Shown here one piece after another: positions 1 through 10,212 of a stretch of DNA of 64,000 nt. The translations under genes were made by a program, and so were the position numbers. Origin of the DNA: Lingula anatina (taxonomy: Eukaryota; Animalia; Brachiopoda); the NCBI GenBank assembly GCA_051362555.1, contig CM120640.1, forward strand, positions 15,438,001-15,502,000, read 5' to 3'. The number at the start of each line of letters is the position of its first letter. Within the stretch, counting starts at the first letter, position 1. The notes under the pieces were generated by a model, which had not been told where the DNA came from, did no database searches, and was given only the letters and a program-made list of their open reading frames with translations.

Positions 1-375
1 ATCTTCATAGATATTGTGTAGATGCCCTACACTCGGGGAGCGCCACTGTTGAAAAAAATGTCCCCCATTAATGTAATTAACTATTGCATCACCGTTTGAA
101 AATCTTTAAATTGTTGTTTACACACATGATAATTGCAACGGGAAGTAATACCCAATATGCGGAAAGTGACTTCACGGAAATGGTTGATTATATAATCAGA
201 ATGATAACAGCACGCCGTTTTCTGGATCACTCAATTTAAGGGGGTGTGTTTAAATAAACAAATATTAAGCAATCCCTGATTAATTACTAGTATAACACTG
301 AGTAAGTTCATTGAAGTAGTGTGGATAGGTCTTTTTGTATGTTTTTTAAAGAGATATCAATAATTACAGAGAAAC

Positions 376-3300
376 ATGTTACGCATCGGTATGAGAAATA
401 TTAGAGGATTAGCAAAGAAACTTACTGATGAAAACTTTGTTGAGATGGTCGAAAATTTTGATATATTCATATGTGTAGAAACTTTTAGCACCCTGAGATC
501 AAAAATGGTCCTACCTAGTGGAACACATGGCCACTTCTACAAAATAAAAACAAAAAAGAAAACAAAAGGACGCCCATCCGGCGGTATAGTCATATATTAC
601 AGAAAACAATTTAGTGGTGCTCTTCATGTAATGTCTAGCAAAAGTGAGAATACCTTATGGATAAGGCTACCAGGACAGTGTTTCGGTCTCCAAAAAGACT
701 TATTCGTGTGTGCAGTATATATTAAGCCAAAGAATGGGAGATTTGATGAAGCTACCTTTGACATCCTTGAAGAGGAAATAGCTCAGTATCAATCAGATGG
801 CATGATATGCCTCATGGGTGATTTTAACGCTAGAACTGGTACACTCCCAGATTATATCAAAAATGATAACACACACGGTATCCCAGTGCCTGGTAGCCAC
901 CCCACAGATATGCTCACTCCTGCTCGGAACAACTTAGACAGTATCATAAACTCTCAGGGAAGAACCCTTGTAGAATTATGCATTAGCAGCAATTTGAGAA
1001 TACTGAATGGAAGAGTGTTAGGAAATTCATTAGGGTACTACACATGTTACAATCAAAATGGCTGTAGTGCAGTGGATTATGCAGTTTTGAGTGATAAGTT
1101 AGTTGATAGTGTAAAGTATTTCACTGTTCACCCAATTGACTATATCTCAGATCACTGTCTTCTAGATCTCACAATTGCAAGTAAGGGTTTCAAGGAGTCA
1201 CCAAAAATTATTCCGCTTCAAAAATTCAAAGATCAGTACATCTGGGGCAATGACTCTGCAGATAAATTTCTTAGTGAACTGGAAAGTGAAAAAAACATAG
1301 AAGCCATATGTGAATTTCAAACTACCACCTTCCCAACTACTAAAGAGGGAGTAAATAAGGCATGTCAGTCTTTTAATAAAATCCTAGATGGCGCGGCTAG
1401 TGCATCACTGCGTACAAAAAGAATGTCAAAGAAAAATAGTAATCCAAGAAAAGGGAATAAAAAACAGCCCTGGTTTGACAATCAATGCATCGAAGTAAAA
1501 CGGAATGTTAAACACCTTGGGAGACTACTCCACAAAAACCCGAATAATCACTTTATCTCTCACACTTATCATCAAGCTTGCAAAAAGTACAAACAACTTC
1601 TGAAAAAGAAAAAACAAGAACATAAAGACAACCTCCTTGAAAAGCTTTTGAACATTGAAGAAAAGAACCCCAAAGAATTTTGGCAAATTATCAAAAAACT
1701 TAAAAAAGAAGAGGATCAGAACAACCTTATTGCCCCTGATGTATGGCACAATTACTTCCAACAACTGTGTGGTATCCCGCCTCCAGGTGACAATGATATT
1801 GATGATGAATTGAAAAAATATGAAGATTGCCCTGGGAATCCCAAACTAGATGACCCTATAACCATTCTGGAGGTCCAAAAAGCACTCAGAAAGCTAAAAA
1901 ATGGCAAAGCACCTGGGGCAGATAGCATACGAAATGAAATGCTTAAGACTGGGCGACCATACCTAACTGGTGCGATGACTAAAATTTTTAACCTGGTCTT
2001 AAACTCTGGTGAGATCCCTGATGCTTGGAATTTAGGCATAGTCATACCACTCTATAAGTCTGGTGAGTGTCTGGATCCCTCAAATTACAGGGGTCTTTGC
2101 ATTACAAGCTGTTTGGGTAAGTTATTTAATTCTATTCTGGCAAATAGGCTAACTGACTTGATTGAAAAGGAAGGCAAACTCAGCGAAGAACAGGGTGGGT
2201 TCAGACCAAGTTACAGAACAACTGATCACATTTTCACACTTAAATCAATTATTAACAGATATACAAATCAAAATAGGAAGGTCTATGCATGTTTTATTGA
2301 TTTTAAAAAGGCATTTGATTCGGTATGGCACAAAGGTCTATTACTCAAATTACAGAAACTTGGAATAGGAGGAAAATTTTACAATCTGATTAAACATATG
2401 TACAAAAATACTAAATTAGGAATCTCCACAGGCAACAGCTATACCAAACCTTTTTTTGCTAAGATTGGAATCCGCCAAGGGGATAATCTAAGCCCAACAC
2501 TCTTTAATATATTTATAGACGACATAAAAGAATCCTTCCACACATGCAAAGCCACAGACAAGGTAGATGGCATCAATCACATACTCTATGCCGATGATCT
2601 GGTCCTACTGTCAAGAACAAAGGATGGACTGCAAAATCTACTGAACAAATTAGAACAGTACTGTCAAAAGTGGAAGTTACACATTAATACAAAGAAAACA
2701 AAAATAATGGTGTTTAGGAAGAAGGGCAAACTTGACCATCAAACAAAATTTTACATAAATGATGAACCCATAGAAGAAGTAAAACAATACCCATATTTGG
2801 GAATAGTTTTCTCCAATACTGGCTCATTAAAGGAAGCAATTGAAAATTTAAAGAAAAAGGCCCTAAAAGCCCTGTTTTCCCTTAAAGGAGCACTTGCCTC
2901 TCAAAACATCTCCAAACCTCTTTTGTGCATGAACTTATTTGACAAACTCATCAAACCAATTTTGCTTTATGGTAGTGAGGTCTGGTCACAGGAGATACTA
3001 AAACAGAAAAACATGTCTCTGAAAAAGATTAATAAAATGCCATTCGAACAGGTACACTTGAAATTTTGCAAATGGATTTTAGGTCTAAGAAAGCAGGCTA
3101 GCAATACCATGTCTAGAGCCGAACTCGGCAGGTACCCTATTTTTCCAACTATAGCTAAACTTGTCCAAAGATATAGTCTTAGACTGGAACAACTACCAGA
3201 TAATAGAATTGTAAAACAGGTGTACAATCTTGAGCAAGACACAAAGGGAAACACATGGACAGAATCCATCCAATCTTTTCACAATTGTTGGGGTTTCTCA

Positions 3301-3819
3301 GAAGATAACAACCCACCAAAGAAATTACATCAAATAGAAAACCTAGTAGAAAAATTGAACATAAAAATCGAAAAACTCTTTTGGCAGGAATTAAATAGTT
3401 CGACCTCAAACAAATTAAGGACATACAAAACAATTAAAAAATCTTATGAATGTGAAAATTACATCAAAATGAGTGTCTCACCCTTAGATATCAAAACACT
3501 AGCAAAAATTAGACTAAGTGACCACGACCTAGCAATAGAAAGGGGCCGATACACAAACCCTAAAACTCCACTTGATGAGAGAAAATGTAAAGCTTGCAAC
3601 TGTGTAGAGGATGAAAAACATTTCCTCACAGAATGCACAAGATACACTGTTGAGAGGCAACGAATGCATGATGAACTACTGAAAATCAGTGTAGTGGGTC
3701 TAGATGACAGTGATCAGATATTGTCAATTCTCCTTAATCCACCCTGTCATAAAAGTCTCAAAGTAATAGCAGAATTTGTAAAGACTGCTGTTAAAATACA
3801 TAGTTCACCTGAAATCTAG
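376..3819 (+). CDS. Non-LTR retrotransposon ORF (APE endonuclease + reverse transcriptase + C-terminal Cys/His motif), 1147 aa, uninterrupted; RTE-X-like (CR1/L2-group not excluded)
   Basis: APE motifs at N-terminus (NIRGL, VETF, GDFNARTG, SAVDY, SDH); RT motifs (KAPGAD, NYRGL, EQGGFR, FIDFKKAFDSV, GIRQGDNLSPTLF, YADD, YLG); C-terminal RLSDHDLAIERGRY...CKAC...EDEKHFLTEC. No stops or frameshifts. Confidence 0.95.
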   Translation: MLRIGMRNIRGLAKKLTDENFVEMVENFDIFICVETFSTLRSKMVLPSGTHGHFYKIKTKKKTKGRPSGGIVIYYRKQFSGALHVMSSKSENTLWIRLPGQCFGLQKDLFVCAVYIKPKNGRFDEATFDILEEEIAQYQSDGMICLMGDFNARTGTLPDYIKNDNTHGIPVPGSHPTDMLTPARNNLDSIINSQGRTLVELCISSNLRILNGRVLGNSLGYYTCYNQNGCSAVDYAVLSDKLVDSVKYFTVHPIDYISDHCLLDLTIASKGFKESPKIIPLQKFKDQYIWGNDSADKFLSELESEKNIEAICEFQTTTFPTTKEGVNKACQSFNKILDGAASASLRTKRMSKKNSNPRKGNKKQPWFDNQCIEVKRNVKHLGRLLHKNPNNHFISHTYHQACKKYKQLLKKKKQEHKDNLLEKLLNIEEKNPKEFWQIIKKLKKEEDQNNLIAPDVWHNYFQQLCGIPPPGDNDIDDELKKYEDCPGNPKLDDPITILEVQKALRKLKNGKAPGADSIRNEMLKTGRPYLTGAMTKIFNLVLNSGEIPDAWNLGIVIPLYKSGECLDPSNYRGLCITSCLGKLFNSILANRLTDLIEKEGKLSEEQGGFRPSYRTTDHIFTLKSIINRYTNQNRKVYACFIDFKKAFDSVWHKGLLLKLQKLGIGGKFYNLIKHMYKNTKLGISTGNSYTKPFFAKIGIRQGDNLSPTLFNIFIDDIKESFHTCKATDKVDGINHILYADDLVLLSRTKDGLQNLLNKLEQYCQKWKLHINTKKTKIMVFRKKGKLDHQTKFYINDEPIEEVKQYPYLGIVFSNTGSLKEAIENLKKKALKALFSLKGALASQNISKPLLCMNLFDKLIKPILLYGSEVWSQEILKQKNMSLKKINKMPFEQVHLKFCKWILGLRKQASNTMSRAELGRYPIFPTIAKLVQRYSLRLEQLPDNRIVKQVYNLEQDTKGNTWTESIQSFHNCWGFSEDNNPPKKLHQIENLVEKLNIKIEKLFWQELNSSTSNKLRTYKTIKKSYECENYIKMSVSPLDIKTLAKIRLSDHDLAIERGRYTNPKTPLDERKCKACNCVEDEKHFLTECTRYTVERQRMHDELLKISVVGLDDSDQILSILLNPPCHKSLKVIAEFVKTAVKIHSSPEI

Positions 3820-4040
3820 TATATCACAGCCACTTATTGTCAATAATGCTGTGAATAGCTTAATTAATTAATATTATAGCATAATTTGCATTAACACATG
3901 TATGATTTAACATACTACATATGTAAACATATATAATTGTATACCCATATATATATTATGTAAATATTGTAGTCTAGAGAGCCTGCAAATGTATTCACAT
4001 CATTTAGTGCTCAATAAACTTATTATTATTATTATTATTA
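376..4040 (+). mobile_element. LINE retrotransposon with short 3' UTR, AATAAA and (TTA)n tail; 5' end not determinable
   Basis: ORF above, then AATAAA at 4013-4018 immediately followed by (TTA)7 at 4020-4040. The 5' boundary and TSD may lie upstream of the ORF or outside the window. Confidence 0.9.
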
Positions 4041-4430
4041 ATATACTTTTGGCTGAAAGCTACATGGTAAAAGTGGAAAGCCTTACATCGTAGTACCCTC
4101 TACCAGGGTGGCAGATATTATAGGCAAATTTCAAAGAGGCAGAGAATCAAATGACTGTCTATTTATCTAATGACACATCTGTGAATATCTTGTGAAAAAT
4201 CAACCTGTGGCCCTGGTAGAGGGAAACATCGTAGCCAACATGTGAAAAGGATAGTGAACATAATTCACGTACGTCTCCCTATTTTCTTTGTTGGCTGTGG
4301 GTTATCCCGTAGTAGTAGAATAGTCACTAAGGAAATGCCATGCACATATTTACTATCTACTGGGGTATATCTATCTATCAGTGCCAGTCACCTGTATTCT
4401 ATAAGTATTAATCACTTAATGGGTTTGTAG

Positions 4431-4555
4431 CGTGCGTGCAAGTGTGCGTGCGTGTGTGTGAATGTGTGTGTGTGTGTGAATGTGTGCGTGCGTGTGTGTG
4501 AATGTGCGTGCGTGTGTGTGAATGTGTGTGTGTGTGTGTGTGTGTGTGCGTGCGT
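4431..4555. repeat. Compound (GT)n/(GCGT)n microsatellite
   Basis: Directly visible gtgt/gcgt runs interrupted by gaat. Confidence 0.95.
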
Positions 4556-5420
4556 CATTTATTACCTCTGAGATTTACTTCAAAATTGATAAAAGGGGTC
4601 TTATGAAAAGAAGCGAAAAATAGAGGATAATACAGTTAATGATTGTTCTGGAATCTCAACAGTGTTTTAGTACAAGGCTTTAACCTAGGCGAAAGGAAAA
4701 CCTTTTCTGAAAAACATTTTGCGAGTCTAAGATTCAATTGTTTGTTGCACGTTTTGCCTTTGATAGCCAGCGTTTTTTCTGAAAAGCCATTGACACTACA
4801 CAGTTAATCTAGCGACCTCGTTATCAAGTTGTTATGGACAACCTCGAAGACCATTAGTCCCATTAATGGTGTAATTCACTTAGCTCAGGAAGCATCTTAG
4901 AAACCACAGACTACGGCCCAGGTGTATCGACCATCAGTGTATCGTGTTCCAACTTGAAAATTCTTTAGAAACATCTCCTTAACAAAGAGGGTAAGATGCA
5001 TTTTGTCTCGACACGTAATAAAAATGCAATTTTAGTCATTTCATTCGTTAATAGAATTTATTGTGCTATTAAATCAGGCTACCTATACTGTTGCAGTAGG
5101 TTGATCTCGTCTGGAAATCTTTCAAACACTTAAGACCTGATCATCATGGATGCAAATATCGACTTTATGTGCATTTGCAATGCCATTACGAAGATAGCTT
5201 TTCGGATGTTTTTGGTAATGATTAACAATCGAGTTGCTATGACGAGAATGGAACGTTCCTTTGTCTTAATGTCTATTTACAGACACTTCACAATTTTAAA
5301 TTCGCCACGTGACAATGTTTTGTACTAGATAAATCTAAACTAATGCCCCCTGGAAATTATTCTGCCTGCGTTAGTAGAAGTCCACTTCGATTTTGCAGCT
5401 TTGCAAAGGTTTTTCAGAGG

Positions 5421-8400
5421 ATGAAAAAGCACGTTTACTACGCAATGGAGTACGCGATTTTGATCGCTCTTTTACTGCTATCTGCAGAGACTGTACATTG
5501 TGATGAAAAATCGTGTGGGTATATGAAAAAACCAGCCCAATCCAGCAACGGAAATATTCTGCTCAATTCCGAAATTCAGTCATTCAAAGTTCTTGATGTC
5601 TTTAGCTGCGTGAAAAGGTGTCTGCACGAAGCTGCTTGCAAGTCAATCAACTACCGGACATCGGTCAGTGTGGGGAGTGACCAGAACTGCGTCTTAAACT
5701 ACCGCACCATGGAGGAGGCTGGGAGCGGCCAGGTGGCACAGCAAACTGGATTTGTTCATTATGAAAAGGTGAGAAAAATGCAATTTTTCAGTTTCTCTTG
5801 GAACCGGTAATTTCTGTGAACCTGTTGGTATATCAAATGTGCTTTTGCTTATATCTGTTTGTGTAATCTACTCATAGCTGTAGCTTTTTGTTGAATATCT
5901 TAATGATAATAATCATTGCCCGTAATGAAACTCTCCTGCTTAAAATTGTATTTTTAAATCATAAGTTTCTTGTGAAATTAGTTTTGTATCCACTGGAACT
6001 TAGAAATAATACTTGGTCTTATTTATGCAAATTCCAAAACACCCGATATGTGTTGCAATGTTGCTTATGAAGGAAGAAACATAATTATGACTTAATTTCG
6101 AATTCTGTCTGGGTAAGTTTTTCAGTAAACTCAGCTTTTTTAATACATACTCGAGTGAACTATTAGTTCCACTATAAATGGGCTTCTTTCATTACGTTTT
6201 GAGAAAAGCTGAAAAGGCCATAGAAACCACAAAGTTATGTAATTCAGCATTTGGTCAATATGGAGTTGGAAGGAAATGCGTTAATGGGGAAATCTTCTAT
6301 AAACCACGAGCACGTAAACTAGGTATCTTTATTATGATGTGCGGTCAATCATATTTTTGTTTCAGTTTGTCTCACGTAGGCCATAATGACCAAGAGGATG
6401 GCAGTGCATTACAGACTGAATGATCTTGTTAAAAAGGAGCAGCACCGCATTCTTTGAAGCAAAATCAGCTGAATTGCAACTTATTTACTTATATTTCATT
6501 GATTTTCAGGACAAGTGTGGCATCCTTGGACAGAAACGTGAGTAAAATTTCAATACCTTGCACTTAATGCTCAATGTAAACATAACGTTATATTTATTAA
6601 TAAATGCATTCATTCAAACCAATGACAATGCGCTCGAAAATCTTTAACTTCCTTCAGAAAGAGTCAAATTTATTTCAATTTCTTGCCTTAATGTTTAAAC
6701 AATGAATGAATTGTAAAAGAAATAAACTATATTATTGTTTTTTGATGATAATCGATCATTATACCAGCTCCACTCAGATGAAAAAATAAAACAAACAACT
6801 ATGAATACGAAAAATAAATAAAACGTCACGTAAAGATATGATAAGACATCCGAATATTCACATGCAATGAAATTAGATATAAAAGTGGTAGGTGGGTAAA
6901 GATTTCTTGCCTATAGACTCGGAACAATAAATTTCTTTTGCGAGAGGAACGTTCTAATTCGTTGACATTCAATTCTTCGTCACTGACGCTCATGTCCCTG
7001 GTGCCGATCGCAACGTCGGATCATGGCACAATTACCTTTTAAGATAAGATTTTTCCCTTGTTATACCTTGGTAGCTAAGCGACCTCTTTTGTCTTTGTTG
7101 TGCAAGTTAGGCCCTATTATAGTTTATGTTGGTATAATTGTGAATAATATACATGGAAGTGGCAATCAGTCATGACGTGAGCAATAGACCGACCGGTTTT
7201 TTGTTCCTGATGACGCAGGTTTACAAAAATGCGTGAAATGCCTGAAAACATTTTATAAATCGTCGTTGTTTTACCAATCAAGCTTTTTTTCTTTAATATT
7301 ATGTTCAAGCGGTTTCGCCTATAGAGTACCAAATCATCAGGTAATCCAGATACCTTCACGAGCTTGGCATTTTTAAATTTGCTTGTTACTAGTTTATCCT
7401 ATTTACGTTAACAATCTTTATAGTACGGTGGCCATATAAGAATTAAAAATTAAAAGGCCTGTTGAGAGATGATTCTAATTAACACATTCAGAGTTCTGTA
7501 AAAATTAGATCAGCTATTATGTAAAATTCTTTAAAAGAGAAAATGTCACCTCTCACTATCGACTATGCCAAAATCGGCGTTGTCTAAATAAAGGATGAAT
7601 GCGACTCCAATTCAAATGTATTTCTGTGAGATGTTTGATTCTGTCCTGTAGATCTCACCTCGCGATTTAGGCCTAACGATTTTACAAAAAGATTGGTCAT
7701 TTTCATTTATGGCAAAGATTACAAATTTAGAAAAACAAAATAACTTTTTTTATAAAGCATACTGCGGACCAATACCCAGGGTGGCCAACGCCGAAGTCCA
7801 TGTAACTGTAAACCAGACCGATACCCAAGTGGTATATACCTGTTCGGCGGGAACTTTGCTACAGGGCAACGCCACGATAAGGTGTCGGTATGTAGACTGG
7901 GCGTGGGAGACACCGCCTCAGTGTATAGGTGAATATAAGTCCACAATGTTGAACGAGCGGTTCATTTTGATTATTTTACTTCAAAGAAATGGCACAGAAT
8001 ATGTATACAATGTCCGTGCAAACATTTACTAGAAGTGATATGAACACCTTACTTGGTGATGAAATACATGTACTTATATATATATATAGGCCCCTATATC
8101 AAGTTCATATGTATAAGAGTATGATGTCAACAAGTTTTAGATCCCATGTAATCACATTATATTTTTTTAAATTTGCTTTGTTCTATTGATTGAAAATAAG
8201 ATAAATCATTACACTAGATACACAAGGCCAGATGACAACTACACAAGCCCAGGAGACAACAGCGCAAGAAGAGCTGACAACGACACATGCCCAGGCGACA
8301 ACGACACATGCCCAGGCGACAACAACACAAGCCCAGCTGACAACCACACAAGCCCGGGCGACAACAACACAAGACGACCAGCTGACAACTACACGATCCC

Positions 8401-9666
8401 AAACGACAACGGAAGCCCAGCCAACAACAGTGGAAGACCAAACGACAACGGAAGCCCAGCCAACAACAACAGAAGCCCAGCCAAAAACAACAACAGAAGC
8501 CCAGCCAACAACAACACAAGCCCAGCCAACAACAACAACACAAGCCCAGCCAACAACAACACAAGCCCAGCCAACAACAACTGAACCCCAGACAAGCACC
8601 GCAGACAGTCCGACAACAACAGAAGGTTAATACTGTAATAATAGGGCAGTAAACTGGGGTGGGGTTGGGGCAGGGAAAAGACATTTTTGACAAATATGTT
8701 TGACTTTTATAAAGCATAAGCTTGTTCCTTTTTGCAGTCCATCAGATATCCCTTACTGTTCCTTCATGTGGATGACTAACACAGTGGTTGCAAATAGCCT
8801 GCTTGCATGTATTGTAATCCTCGACGTGCTAAACCAATAATAATAATAATAACAAATGAAAATTAGCAAACACAAGCCGAAAATCTTTCATACCGTTAGC
8901 TTACGGCCAACCTGAACGTAAGCCTTCATCAGTCTGATGTGAGATGTTGTTACTCAATGATCGCTAGGCGGTAAAGCGGCCTCTAGCGAATGCCAGGTAG
9001 ATCGACCCCCCCCCCCCCCCCTTCCTATTCATGGGTGACTGGTGACGGCTGATGTTGATAGCCTCTCGTATCTTACGTGGGATGTCAGATGACTCAGATA
9101 ACAACATCTCACATCAGTCTGATGAAGGCGAGTATGGGCGAGTTATGGAATCAAGACGCTTGCGCTCGGTCGCAATGCGCGATGCTTTCGAGTTACGGAG
9201 CCCAGGTTGGCCGTAAAGATTTTCGCTTTGAGTTTGATTTTCGCTTTGAGTTTATCATGCAACTACCAAGCTAATGATCAATTTTGCTCAATAATAATAA
9301 TAATAATAATAATAATAATTTTAAAAAAGGAGGAAGAAGGGAGGGTCTTCATAATATTTCCCCTTTGAAATTGGCAGTGTGCCATCGAGTAACAGTTCTT
9401 CTTCCATTTCAAACGACGCATCACGGCTGTTTGTCGTTCATTCACACCTTTACCATTCCAGTGGACTGTGGTCTACCTCCTGTAGTGCCAAACGCTGTAT
9501 CTAGTGTGACAGGAACCGGAACTGGCGCGCAAGCCGTGTATGTTTGCAACGCTGGATATGCACTTAATTCCACAAACGCCGTGGCCTGTTTGGCTGAAGG
9601 GAAATGGGACGCTACGCCGGCGTGTTTAGGTAAGGCATTTATTGAAGTTAACCTGATGTATCCTTG

Positions 9667-9723
<57 letters not shown>

Positions 9724-10172
9724 TGTTTGCTTTTTTTATTGCAAACCAATATAGAAAATCGTACGGAAAATCGTATGCATTTCATACTACGGCGCCCGTG
9801 GCAAATGTAATCTAGGCTTTACCTAGTCTTAAATGCCACACACTGCACATGTTCCATTCGGTACCATTTACGCGAGCAAAATCCTGCTCGTGGAATCAAT
9901 TCGTTGCATACTCTTCTCCTTTAGTTTTTCAACGAACAGAACAGTACCATAATGATGTATGTGTGTAACAAAAGAGGCAATTTAATAATTAAAAAGGTTT
10001 AAACGGTCAAATTTCAGATATAGACGAGTGTTCGGCAAATACAGACGGTTGCGAACACAACTGTACGAACTCCGTGGGTAGTTACACGTGTTCTTGCAAT
10101 GCTGGATATTCTCTGGCCGTGGACAACCATTCATGTCAAGGTAAGAAACAAAATGGCAATTACAAATAGGCA

Positions 10173-10212
<40 letters not shown>

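Noticed and set aside
1525-3647. Short ORFs overlapping the LINE ORF
   Set aside because: Shadow frames of a long coding sequence with no independent motifs.
8183-8717. Overlapping Cys/Trp-, Val- and Leu-rich minus-strand ORFs and the Asn-rich plus-strand ORF
   Set aside because: Alternative frames of the 21-bp Thr-rich repeat; only the Thr frame fits the phase-1 splice sites of the gene.
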